Part shown: piece by piece, positions 56,340-64,000 of the stretch
How positions within the stretch are numbered: position 1 is the first letter of the stretch
Layout of the letters: every line of letters begins with the position of its first letter
Origin: a virus
Direction: 5' to 3' (one strand)
IMG/VR virus record: IMGVR_UViG_3300030419_007306
Location: 5,207 to 69,206 of that record
DNA length: 64,000 bases
The notes under the pieces: model-generated
The model's database searches: none
Told to the model about the DNA's origin: nothing
What the model saw: the letters and a program-made list of their open reading frames with translations, nothing else
Position numbers and translations under genes: made by a program

Positions 56340-56748
56340 TTTTCTTTCCTGTTCTTATATAGTTTTTTTGTTGGGTGGGAGTCATGCCCTGTACATCATT
56401 ATTGGTTTTATACCAAGGTTTTGTCTTAGATTTTTTAATTCTTTCTCCCTTTACTGGAAGTTCGTCTTTGTTTTCTCTATAAGCATTATGGTGTTTTTTA
56501 AGCCTATCTTTTTGGTCTCCACTTAGACGACTAGAATTTAATTCTGCTAAATGACCAAGTGTTTTGGCCCCATCAGAAACCTTGACAGAACAAGAAATAT
56601 TATCTGAACTGAGGTCCCTGATTAGCTTGTGCTTTTTGCACTCAGGGCACCTTTTTAATTCTTTGTATTCAGACACTCTCTGGAATACTGTAAAAAAATA
56701 ACCGCAACCCCCGTTCTGGGGGTCACAGCTATATGAATATTCAGGCAT
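56332..56748 (-). CDS. FmdB-family zinc ribbon protein
   Basis: MPEYSYSC....CG..F......CPEC. Confidence 0.8.
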   Translation of the reverse strand: MPEYSYSCDPQNGGCGYFFTVFQRVSEYKELKRCPECKKHKLIRDLSSDNISCSVKVSDGAKTLGHLAELNSSRLSGDQKDRLKKHHNAYRENKDELPVKGERIKKSKTKPWYKTNNDVQGMTPTQQKNYIRTGKKNG

Positions 56749-56750
56749 TG

Positions 56751-57113
56751 TTAAAAAGGAACCTTTTCTTTTTCTGTGGTTTTTGCAGCTCCGGTTTCTT
56801 CGTCTTTTTTACCGCCGCCAAGGAAATTAAAATTGTCTGCTACTATTGAATAGCTAGTCCGTTTATTTCCCTCTTTGTCTTGCCACTCGTCCTGTTCCAT
56901 TCTGCCACTAAGAGAAATCCACCTACCCTTTTCAGCATATTCTACAAGAGTTTCTGCAGGCTTTCCCCATAGGCTAACATCAAAAAAATTAGTTTTCTTC
57001 AATGTATTATTAGCAATTCTAAACGAAGCTACACTCTTGCCATTGGAAGTAGTCTTAAGCTCAGGGTCTCGGACAAGCCTTCCAGAAACAGTCACAACAT
57101 TAATATCAGCCAT
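56751..57113 (-). CDS. ssb: Single-stranded DNA-binding protein (second copy)
   Basis: N.V..SGRLVRDPELKTT..GKSVASF.IA; WGK.AE; C-terminal VPF. Confidence 0.92.
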   Translation of the reverse strand: MADINVVTVSGRLVRDPELKTTSNGKSVASFRIANNTLKKTNFFDVSLWGKPAETLVEYAEKGRWISLSGRMEQDEWQDKEGNKRTSYSIVADNFNFLGGGKKDEETGAAKTTEKEKVPF

Positions 57114-57817
57114 CACAAACCTCCTTCGTTATCATCGTTAAGTTTATCTAAAATTATTGGAATCAATGGATTTCGGACAATATCTTCCTTTTTTAGATAC
57201 ATTACGCCGAGGTTGTCCACCCCATCCAATCTCGTCAAACACTTGGAGAACGCCCCTCTTTGTCTGTAGGGAAGGTCGGACTGGGTATCGTCTCCTGTTA
57301 TTACTAATTTAGACTCCATGCCCATTCTTGTCAAGAGCATTTTGAGTTGTTTCATGGAAAGGTTTTGACATTCGTCGGCTATTATAAAACAGTTGTGAAA
57401 ATTACGGCCTCTCATAAGACCAATAGGAGCCACAACCAGCTTACCTTGGTTCTTCCAGTTATTTATTTGTTCGTGAGAAACGAAATAGTTTAACTCATCA
57501 AAAACCGGAAGAAGATAAGGATGAAGTTTTTTGTCTGCGTCTCCGGGTAGATAGCCAATTTTTTCACCTGCCTCTACGACAGGCCTAGTGATTATTATTC
57601 TATCTACCTGCCCAGAAACCAGCGCTTCAATAGCACAACCAACAGCTATGTGCGTTTTGCCGCTTCCAGCAGGACCATCACAAAATGTTAGAATATTATT
57701 CTTTATAGATTTAATATATTTTTTTTGATTAGGACTTCTTGCCGATAGCTTTTTCTTGAGATAAACACCTTCTTCTTGCTTCTCTTTTGTTTGATATTTA
57801 GGTTTTCTTCTTGCCAT
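57113..57817 (-). CDS. phoH: PhoH-family ATPase
   Basis: GPAGSGKT; IIITRPVVEAGEKIGYLPG; MRGRNF; DECQN; GDDTQSDL; DIVRNPL. Confidence 0.93.
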   Translation of the reverse strand: MARRKPKYQTKEKQEEGVYLKKKLSARSPNQKKYIKSIKNNILTFCDGPAGSGKTHIAVGCAIEALVSGQVDRIIITRPVVEAGEKIGYLPGDADKKLHPYLLPVFDELNYFVSHEQINNWKNQGKLVVAPIGLMRGRNFHNCFIIADECQNLSMKQLKMLLTRMGMESKLVITGDDTQSDLPYRQRGAFSKCLTRLDGVDNLGVMYLKKEDIVRNPLIPIILDKLNDDNEGGL

Positions 57818-60017
57818 TTTTCGGTACGCTAAAATCGACTTCGCAAGCACCGCCGCTGCATGCCCATTCCTGTTCAGCAGACGTGTTGTCTTCAGCCTCG
57901 GTTACATCGGTGTAGTCTACTTTCCTAAACGTTCTGATTAAATCCGAATATATTTTCCAATTATACACATCCTTTAGGCAGTGAGACAATTTTTTATAGT
58001 CTCCCTCAAAGTATTTTTCTGCAAACCTTCTGCATCTTGCTATAAAAGATTTCTTTCTTTTGTTTTCTTCTAACTCAGGGTCGTTTAAAATTGCGTCACA
58101 AGCGTCCCAAAGATTGTCTTTATAGTTTTGGAGACCAACGGTTATCAGTCCTGAGCACCATATAGCAGCATCGCCATACTCCCTGACTATTTCTCTGCTT
58201 GTATGAATAGTCACCATTGGTGCCTGCTGATAGTCCTTGTCTCCGCTTTGTGGAATAAGCGAAATCCCACAAAAGTATTTTCTATTTTTATAGATAAAAT
58301 TTGAAACCTCTGCCCATTCATCCGGCCTAACATTGATTGTATTAGATACATTGTGATTTAGCCAAGGCTTAGTACATCTATCGTTATTCTTTCCAGCCAT
58401 GACCCAGTTTTGCTGAGTGCTTTTTACAATTTTAAGTAGTTCAAGAGCAGGCAGTTGGTTTTTTGTTTTTGCCCCATCAGGAACTTCAATTGGAAAGGTT
58501 ATTACGTCGTCGGTATTATTTGCCGACCAAACAGATGCTTCACAGGCTTCTGGGTTTATTGATTTAAAATATTTATAAGGAGCCTCGTCTGTATTTGCTT
58601 GAACTCTTCTTAAATATCTTTTGGCATGATGAGGATGAATGCCCGAAGAAGTTCCCAGCATACAGCTAGACGAGCCCTCTGGCTTGAGGCATGTTGTTCT
58701 TGCCGCAGGTTTTATCTTTATTTTCTTGGACAGTTGTTCATTCGTTTTATTGACAATCTTAGCACCCCTTTTTTGCGTGGAAGGGTTTAAAACTATCTCA
58801 AACTTTTCCATGGTCCCAGTCATAGAAACGCCCAAAAGAGATTCTCTTCTGAAGATACTTTCGCTTGTTTTTCCTAGGTATTCAAAGTCGGTAAAACCAG
58901 CCTGCAGCGTTCCAAGGATTGATGCTGCACGACATCTGTCATAAAAGTCTTGTTCGTCTACTATTGTGGCGCAGTTAATTGTGGTGAGATTGCAGCCTTG
59001 CCATCCGCTTTCGCCTGTTTTTATGTCCACTGGATACATGCCAATTTCAACACATGGGTTTACTGTCATTTCAGTAGAGTCAGACCAAATAAATCCTGGC
59101 TCACCAAATTCTTTAACACATTCCATCAAATTGTCAAAATCCTCTTTGGACGTTTCATCTCTGACAAGAAGAGCTGAGTTATTAGACCTTGCTCTCTGTG
59201 GGTTTTCAGTAAACCAATCTCCGGTTTTAGCCCTTGCCATCTCTTCATCGTCAGCGCTAAATATAGAAATAGTAGCCGAACGACGAACTCCTCCAGAGAG
59301 AACAGCATCAGCACTATGCATAACTATATCATATGCATCAATTGGCCTTAGCTGCTCCTGATTATTTTTAATACATTTATCTAGTAAAGCTCTGATTTTA
59401 GACAAGGCATTCTTTAGGCCTTCAGGTCCAGGTGCTTTTCCTGCTCCAGAACTTAATATAGCACCTTTTGGTCTAATTTTAGAATAGTCAAACGTTACGT
59501 TGTAACCATAGTACTCATTAAAGACAGGGTGGTCAAAGTATGAGCTTAATAGTACTCCAAGAGCATCAGACCAACCCTCAATACTATCTGGAATGACAAA
59601 TCTTTTTCGCTCTAGCCCCCCTCTTCTTCTAGACGGAGAAAACTTAGGAAGCTTAGCCACATGGTGCTTTTGCACAGAAAAACCTGCGCCACAACCGCAC
59701 AGAAGCAACCAGAGACATTCTTGGAAAAATCTCAACCTATCACAATAAGAGGATACGCAGTTGTAGATACGAGCGTTAATTTTTTCCGCCGGAACTCCCC
59801 CGAATTGCAAGGCTCTTTGTGAGCCAAGCACCTTCTTTTGGTACATCATGTCGTAAGCAAAGTTTATTTCTTCTTCAGCTTCTGGGTATTTTCTTAGCAT
59901 CATGCTACGAACCCTGTCGTTGGCTTCCTTCCATGTTTCTCTTCTTTTTTTATCCTTATCCCATCTTGCGTATCTAGAAACGAAAGTGTAAGACTGTAGT
60001 TCGCTTAATGCAGACAC
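57798..60017 (-). CDS. nrdJ: Class II (adenosylcobalamin-dependent) monomeric-type ribonucleotide reductase
   Basis: YNC; GGVRRSA; NPCVEI; CNLT; KPEGSSS..G.SSGIHP; C-terminal CSGGAC; no nrdB in the window. Confidence 0.88.
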   Translation of the reverse strand: MSALSELQSYTFVSRYARWDKDKKRRETWKEANDRVRSMMLRKYPEAEEEINFAYDMMYQKKVLGSQRALQFGGVPAEKINARIYNCVSSYCDRLRFFQECLWLLLCGCGAGFSVQKHHVAKLPKFSPSRRRGGLERKRFVIPDSIEGWSDALGVLLSSYFDHPVFNEYYGYNVTFDYSKIRPKGAILSSGAGKAPGPEGLKNALSKIRALLDKCIKNNQEQLRPIDAYDIVMHSADAVLSGGVRRSATISIFSADDEEMARAKTGDWFTENPQRARSNNSALLVRDETSKEDFDNLMECVKEFGEPGFIWSDSTEMTVNPCVEIGMYPVDIKTGESGWQGCNLTTINCATIVDEQDFYDRCRAASILGTLQAGFTDFEYLGKTSESIFRRESLLGVSMTGTMEKFEIVLNPSTQKRGAKIVNKTNEQLSKKIKIKPAARTTCLKPEGSSSCMLGTSSGIHPHHAKRYLRRVQANTDEAPYKYFKSINPEACEASVWSANNTDDVITFPIEVPDGAKTKNQLPALELLKIVKSTQQNWVMAGKNNDRCTKPWLNHNVSNTINVRPDEWAEVSNFIYKNRKYFCGISLIPQSGDKDYQQAPMVTIHTSREIVREYGDAAIWCSGLITVGLQNYKDNLWDACDAILNDPELEENKRKKSFIARCRRFAEKYFEGDYKKLSHCLKDVYNWKIYSDLIRTFRKVDYTDVTEAEDNTSAEQEWACSGGACEVDFSVPKNGKKKT

Positions 60018-60221
60018 TTATGAATTCCCTTCATTTTTCTTTTGGTTTTTCTTTCTTCGTCTTTTTTTACGTGGCTTATTGCTTTCTACAAAGTTGTATA
60101 AGTCCGAAGAGTTATCAGAAGAGATGGTTTTCCTCTGTCCTGTCGGATTGCCATTTTTGTCTCGGACAATTATAGTAATTTCAAAATTTTTATTATTGTC
60201 TGAACCCTTGAACAAATCCAT
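60018..60221 (-). CDS. Small basic hypothetical protein
   Basis: GGAG RBS; 67 aa; directly upstream of nrdJ. Confidence 0.6.
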   Translation of the reverse strand: MDLFKGSDNNKNFEITIIVRDKNGNPTGQRKTISSDNSSDLYNFVESNKPRKKRRRKKNQKKNEGNS

Positions 60222-60233
60222 AATTTCTCCAAT

Positions 60234-60268
60234 AAAAAAGACCCCGCCTCAAGAGAGAGGACGGGGTC
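60234..60268 (-). terminator. Rho-independent terminator
   Basis: - strand GACCCCGTCCTC-loop-GAGGCGGGGTC-TTTTTT. Confidence 0.85.
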
Positions 60269-60278
60269 GTAATTAGTT

Positions 60279-60409
60279 AAGCGACACTTGGAAGGCCTTG
60301 CATTTCATAAATTTATAATTTTCAACGGGTAAGCTTGGCATTTACGTTGCTTTATTTCATTATCAAGCTATGCTAGGTTTAAATGTAAAAGCTGAGAAGG
60401 TGTCGCTTT
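60279..60409 (-). ncRNA. Candidate structured non-coding RNA (long irregular hairpin with central bubble)
   Basis: Closing stem AAGCGACAC/GTGTCGCTT, inner stems, TACAAT -10-like box just upstream, terminator just downstream. Confidence 0.45.
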
Positions 60410-60457
60410 AGCGGCATTGTATAAAAATACACACGCTTCTTTATATCCCAGCAGCCT

Positions 60458-60467
60458 ATTATACACC
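60458..60467 (-). promoter_or_regulatory. Candidate phage promoter GGTGTATAAT
   Basis: Intergenic; same motif as at 4033 and 28384. Confidence 0.5.
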
Positions 60468-60492
60468 GCTGAAGAAGGCCTCAAAAAAATGT

Positions 60493-60681
60493 TTATAATT
60501 TTTGTTTTCTAATATTTTTTTCTACACAGCTACAATAGGCGCTATATTCTTCTCCCTGAGGAGACAAATATTTTAACAACCCCCTACCGTAGCAATCCTT
60601 GCATCCGTGCTTCGCATAAGCCTTTGCTATATCAGTATTTAAAGTAGTTCTGTAAATACCGTTTTGATTAGTATCTTTCAT
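60493..60681 (-). CDS. Small zinc-finger protein
   Basis: CKDCYGRG...YCSC. Confidence 0.6.
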   Translation of the reverse strand: MKDTNQNGIYRTTLNTDIAKAYAKHGCKDCYGRGLLKYLSPQGEEYSAYCSCVEKNIRKQKL

Positions 60682-61685
60682 TAATGAAAATCCAAAAGAA
60701 GATTTGAGGGCCTTTTTTCTATCGGAACTAAAGGAGCCTTGGGGGTTTTAATAATCATAAACTTGATGCCGTATTTTTTATTGGCATCTTCCTCTTTTTT
60801 CTCCTCGTCTTGGCCAAAACCAGCATCTTCTATAGCCTGTTGTTTCTTAAGGTCTTCTAGCGTTGGAAGTTCTGCGTCGGGGTCTAATGCCCATTCTGCG
60901 TCAACCTTTTTGGCCCAGTCTTGCATCCTTCTCACAGGTACAATGAAATTAAAACCCTCCCCTGCTCCTCTAACTAACATTCCAACATACTTGCCAGATG
61001 TGTCTCCATTTTTATCCGAGAGGTATACACCGCCACCAGAGGAGCCAGGAAATGCAGTTACGGTGGTTTGGTCAAATACAGTTCCTTCTCCCTCTCCAAT
61101 GTCCAGCACTCGCCCCACTTTTGACATAATACCTCTTGTCATTGAATTGGAGCCAACCTGACCAAGTAGAGAGCCTACATGAAAAAGTTCCGTGCCGATG
61201 GGGATGATTTCATCGCCTAAGTAAAATTCAGCTGAAGACTTTACAAAACCCTTTTTCCTGACCATAAGCAGAGCCAAGTCTTCTCCTTCGTCTGCATCTG
61301 AATATCTAATGACCTTGCAATCCATTTTGACTTCGCCTACCTTGCGGCCATTTTCAACTAATTCCTGAACAATCTGAGCGTCCTTAAATTCTACGACCTT
61401 TTTTGTCTGGCCATTTTTTGTAATAGTTCTCACCGAACGCAAGTTGTCAACAACGTGAGCAGCGGTCCATACAAAATTAACGCTAGATTTAGTGTTGTCT
61501 TCTTTGCTGGCTCGAAGCTCTCTGGTAATGATAACACCAGAACCCTGAGAGGTGCCAAAATTGCCCGGTGCTTTTACTGTAACACTGATGTTTTGGAGGT
61601 GCTTGGAAATTTCCTCCGCTTCTGCAAATTGGTAAGAGGCCAGTGTTATAAGCACGGCGACAAAAGTGGGGATATATTTTTTCAT
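60681..61685 (-). CDS. Secreted trypsin-like serine protease
   Basis: Sec signal peptide (MKKYIPTFVAVLITLA...AEA); GSG; TAAHV; DLALL; PGSSGGG. Confidence 0.88.
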   Translation of the reverse strand: MKKYIPTFVAVLITLASYQFAEAEEISKHLQNISVTVKAPGNFGTSQGSGVIITRELRASKEDNTKSSVNFVWTAAHVVDNLRSVRTITKNGQTKKVVEFKDAQIVQELVENGRKVGEVKMDCKVIRYSDADEGEDLALLMVRKKGFVKSSAEFYLGDEIIPIGTELFHVGSLLGQVGSNSMTRGIMSKVGRVLDIGEGEGTVFDQTTVTAFPGSSGGGVYLSDKNGDTSGKYVGMLVRGAGEGFNFIVPVRRMQDWAKKVDAEWALDPDAELPTLEDLKKQQAIEDAGFGQDEEKKEEDANKKYGIKFMIIKTPKAPLVPIEKRPSNLLLDFH

Positions 61686-61738
61686 TGGTATCGTCCTTTC
61701 ATTCCTTGTTGATACGAAATGGTCACCGTTATTTTGAT

Positions 61739-61767
61739 AATATAGCTCAGGTAACCGCTGTTGTCAA
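61739..61767 (-). promoter_or_regulatory. Sigma70-type promoter TTGACA-17-TATATT
   Basis: Canonical spacing, intergenic, upstream of the protease gene. Confidence 0.75.
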
Positions 61768-61781
61768 GCTATTTTAAAGTT

Positions 61782-62051
61782 TTATGCGTCACAACCACAA
61801 TCACAGACGCATTCCTCGCAGCCACAGTCCCCTTCTCCGTGACAGCCACAATCACAACTACAGTCATCGCTACAAACACAGGCAGCTTTTTGCTCGGAGT
61901 CTCCTCCTAGCATTATATTAACTCTTTCTGAAAGGCTAGGAACCTTTGCTGATATTATAATTCCAATAATTATACCGATTATCACCGGCGTTAATCTGCG
62001 GGCCAGACTTTTACGAGCAGCCAACCCTTCTTTTCCGCCTATATCTGCCAT
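61782..62051 (-). CDS. Membrane-anchored protein with metallothionein-like Cys-rich tail
   Basis: TM helix, then CVCSDDCSCDCGCHGEGDCGCEECVCDCGC. Confidence 0.7.
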   Translation of the reverse strand: MADIGGKEGLAARKSLARRLTPVIIGIIIGIIISAKVPSLSERVNIMLGGDSEQKAACVCSDDCSCDCGCHGEGDCGCEECVCDCGCDA

Positions 62052-62052
62052 G

Positions 62053-62463
62053 TTAACAGTCTCCTTCTTTCATTGGAACGCATTTCTTAGCTTTTTTATC
62101 CCAGTGCTGTCCCTTTGGGCACACCTGACCACCGTCTTTCATATATTTTTCAGGGTTTCTCCAATCTGCCTCTGCATCCTTTTTCTCACAATCAGGACAC
62201 GGAATGCACTTCCCTGCTTTCTCGTTCCAAACCTGACCTTTCTCACACACCGACCCACCCTTATTATAGCACATAGGACAATTTAGAGGTGCCATAGTAA
62301 GTTCAGAATCTTCTGCGCTAGCGTCTGCATCCTTTTCTACAGGAACGCACTTGCCGTCTTTTTCAACGTAACCTTCGTTACAATTCGGGGGATAACCCGC
62401 CTTTTCATCTGCTTGTGTTTGCAGATTTTCTGACAGGGCTTTGAAATATTTGTTAGTTTTCAT
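62053..62463 (-). CDS. Cys-rich repeat protein
   Basis: Three C-x-x-G-x-x-(W)-x-x-K-x-x-K-C-[VI]-P repeats. Confidence 0.7.
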   Translation of the reverse strand: MKTNKYFKALSENLQTQADEKAGYPPNCNEGYVEKDGKCVPVEKDADASAEDSELTMAPLNCPMCYNKGGSVCEKGQVWNEKAGKCIPCPDCEKKDAEADWRNPEKYMKDGGQVCPKGQHWDKKAKKCVPMKEGDC

Positions 62464-63097
62464 TTTTCTCTCCGTTCGGTCTTCCGTAAAGTTTTTGAAT
62501 TTTTCTTATGTCATCTTCTCTTGGTTTCAACGCATCGTTTATATAAGGATACATCAAAGCCGACTCATCGTTTGAATGGTCCAATCCCAAAATATGTCCT
62601 ATTTCATGACAAGCAACTGAGCGTAGGATAATTCCATTTTCGTTATCAGGCAAAACCCACCTTTCAGCTAAATCAAATACTGTCCAAAGTTGACCGTCAT
62701 AATTTTTGCTGGTCGGCATTTCTGCCCAAGCAAGAACCCCACCACTACGCCCAAAACCAGACCTTCTTCTGCTGCTAACATCAATAATAATATCCGGAGC
62801 AACTTCATTTCCTACTTTTTCAAAAGTCAATGGAGTAATTTCTGACCAAGAATCAAAAGCTAGTCTAAATTCATTATCCCAAGTATCAGCCTCCATGTCA
62901 TTGCCGTCTCGACCAGCCATGTAATAAGTCAGATGGTTCTTACCCCATCTTTCCTTAAAAAATTTAAGTGCGTTTTCTGTGTTTTTAACGCCGCATCTAG
63001 GCTTGTCTTGAAAAACATCATTACCAAATGTATTTGAAGTAATAGTGAGGCCTAGCATCCCTGCCAGACCACACTTTAAGGCATCTCTTCTCTGCAT
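62453..63097 (-). CDS. Matrixin (M10 metzincin) with Tat signal peptide and cysteine switch
   Basis: MQRRDALK twin-arginine signal; PRCGV; HEIGHILGLDH; ALMYP Met-turn; IQKLYG. Confidence 0.9.
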   Translation of the reverse strand: MQRRDALKCGLAGMLGLTITSNTFGNDVFQDKPRCGVKNTENALKFFKERWGKNHLTYYMAGRDGNDMEADTWDNEFRLAFDSWSEITPLTFEKVGNEVAPDIIIDVSSRRRSGFGRSGGVLAWAEMPTSKNYDGQLWTVFDLAERWVLPDNENGIILRSVACHEIGHILGLDHSNDESALMYPYINDALKPREDDIRKIQKLYGRPNGEKNEN

Positions 63098-63124
63098 CTC
63101 TGTTCTCCCCTTTTGCTGATTGTT

Positions 63125-63310
63125 TTAGGCGCCTTTCTCTCCGAATAGGCCAGCCAGTACATTTGGCCACCAGCCCATGGTTACGCCTAAGAAATAAACT
63201 CCGCCGCCTACTAATACAGCAAACAGAAGCGGTTTTCTCTCAGCTAATTGAAAGGGATGAGTAATACCATAAATTAAATTCTTCAAAGGTTTACCTTCTT
63301 GAAAGCCCAT
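63125..63310 (-). CDS. Small membrane protein
   Basis: AGGAG RBS; one hydrophobic segment. Confidence 0.6.
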   Translation of the reverse strand: MGFQEGKPLKNLIYGITHPFQLAERKPLLFAVLVGGGVYFLGVTMGWWPNVLAGLFGEKGA

Positions 63311-63324
63311 TTTTGTTCTCCTTG

Positions 63325-63552
63325 TTAAAAGAAACTTTTTACTTTTTCTGTCAAACCACCTAGCCCCGCCAATCCCCCACTAGAAATAATAAAGTAGACA
63401 ATAATTCCGAGGCCAATCAAATACACCAACCATTTTCTTTTAGTCGCAACAGCATATGCCTTTGCGGTAAGAGCGTTTATCTTCTCAATTCTATAGCTTT
63501 GCCTATTTTCTCTTCTCTTTCCGCGTTCTTCTTTGTTACCAAAAAGTGGCAT
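63325..63552 (-). CDS. Small membrane protein
   Basis: Basic N-terminus followed by a TM helix (KRKWLVYLIGLGIIVYFII). Confidence 0.6.
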   Translation of the reverse strand: MPLFGNKEERGKRRENRQSYRIEKINALTAKAYAVATKRKWLVYLIGLGIIVYFIISSGGLAGLGGLTEKVKSFF

Positions 63553-63560
63553 TATAAAAC

Positions 63561-63737
63561 CTATGCCTCAGATGAACGCAAACTTTCACCGACAATCCAT
63601 GCTGCACCCAAAAGGACGAAGTTTGTCACCATTTCTTCTGACAAGCCAAGTCCAAGGGCATCTGACGTTACGGCAATAACGCCAGCAACAGCTACCCAGA
63701 ACCGCCGAGATTTTACTAGAGTTTGTAATTTACTCAT
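63561..63737 (-). CDS. Putative holin-like 2-TM protein (58 aa; not in the ORF track)
   Basis: AGGAG RBS; MSKLQTLVKSRRFWVAVAGVIAV...FVLLGAAWIVGESLRSSEA*; KSRxFW motif and two TM helices. Confidence 0.6.
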   Translation of the reverse strand: MSKLQTLVKSRRFWVAVAGVIAVTSDALGLGLSEEMVTNFVLLGAAWIVGESLRSSEA

Positions 63738-63758
63738 TTTAATATCTCCTATAAGAAT

Positions 63759-63796
63759 AAAAATGGCCAGGGGCTACCGGAGTAACCCCTAGACCA
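63759..63796 (-). terminator. Rho-independent terminator
   Basis: - strand TGGTCTAGGGGTTAC-TCCG-GTAGCCCCTGGCCA-TTTTT. Confidence 0.75.
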
Positions 63797-63805
63797 ATAA
63801 GAAAA

Positions 63806-64000
63806 TTAAGAAGTAGTGCCGTGCTTAGCCTTGTAAACAAGGTTGGTGTCATCGCCACTATTGGTTGGTTTACCGAGTCTTCCGTGATGGAATGTAATCT
63901 CGCCACCAGTCTGGTCCGGTCTGCCCAGCGTGCTTTTCGCAGCGTGGTCATCGTCGGTAGACGCAACACCATTCGATGCGTTGTCCCAAAGACCAGATGC
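63806..64000 (-). CDS. 3' end of an upstream gene (partial)
   Basis: Open frame from the window edge (ASGLWDNASNG...YKAKHGTTS*) followed by a terminator. Confidence 0.6.
   Translation of the reverse strand, partial: ASGLWDNASNGVASTDDDHAAKSTLGRPDQTGGEITFHHGRLGKPTNSGDDTNLVYKAKHGTTS

Noticed and set aside
60279-60409. Cobalamin riboswitch upstream of B12-dependent nrdJ
   Set aside because: The conserved GGGAA and B12-box elements are not recognisable; kept only as an unclassified RNA candidate.
63739-63972. 77-aa - strand ORF from the track
   Set aside because: It runs through a terminator. A different frame, open from the window edge to 63806, fits better.
1-64000. Stop-codon reassignment, tRNA genes, or a diversity-generating retroelement
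   Set aside because: Genes are intact and densely packed under code 11 with TAA, TAG and TGA all used as stops; no cloverleaf seen in the few gaps; no reverse transcriptase or adenine-specific TR/VR pair.

Overview
A 64 kb segment of a large tailed dsDNA phage, with two convergent gene blocks that meet at about 29.18 kb. The + strand (1-29.2 kb) is a virion morphogenesis module: neck and tail-completion genes, a probable major tail protein, chaperone-like genes, a 4274-aa tape measure protein (TMP), two large tail-tip proteins and a glycosyltransferase. The - strand (29.2-64 kb) carries tandem SGNH-like paralogs, ssDNA-binding and annealing genes and a 9-gene glycosylation-like cluster. It also carries a sigma-70 factor and a replisome: DnaE split into two intein-free genes, a DEDD exonuclease, DnaG, DnaB, RecA and two SSBs. 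Nucleotide and auxiliary metabolic genes (guaC, gdhA, UDG, dNMP kinase, class II RNR, phoH) and a cluster of exported proteases and Cys-rich proteins follow. The most notable observations are: (i) five copies of an FxxGG-flanked 'DTVPAMLTPGEFV' cassette that divide the TMP into segments, one of which has a PD-(D/E)xK-like motif (possible processed polyprotein delivering cargo); (ii) intein-free split DnaE around a nucleotide-metabolism island; (iii) a candidate 130-175 nt structured RNA with its own promoter and terminator upstream of nrdJ; (iv) a Tat-exported matrix metalloprotease with a cysteine switch next to a trypsin-like protease; (v) apparent absence of GATC. All calls come from reading motifs by eye; no database searches were run.
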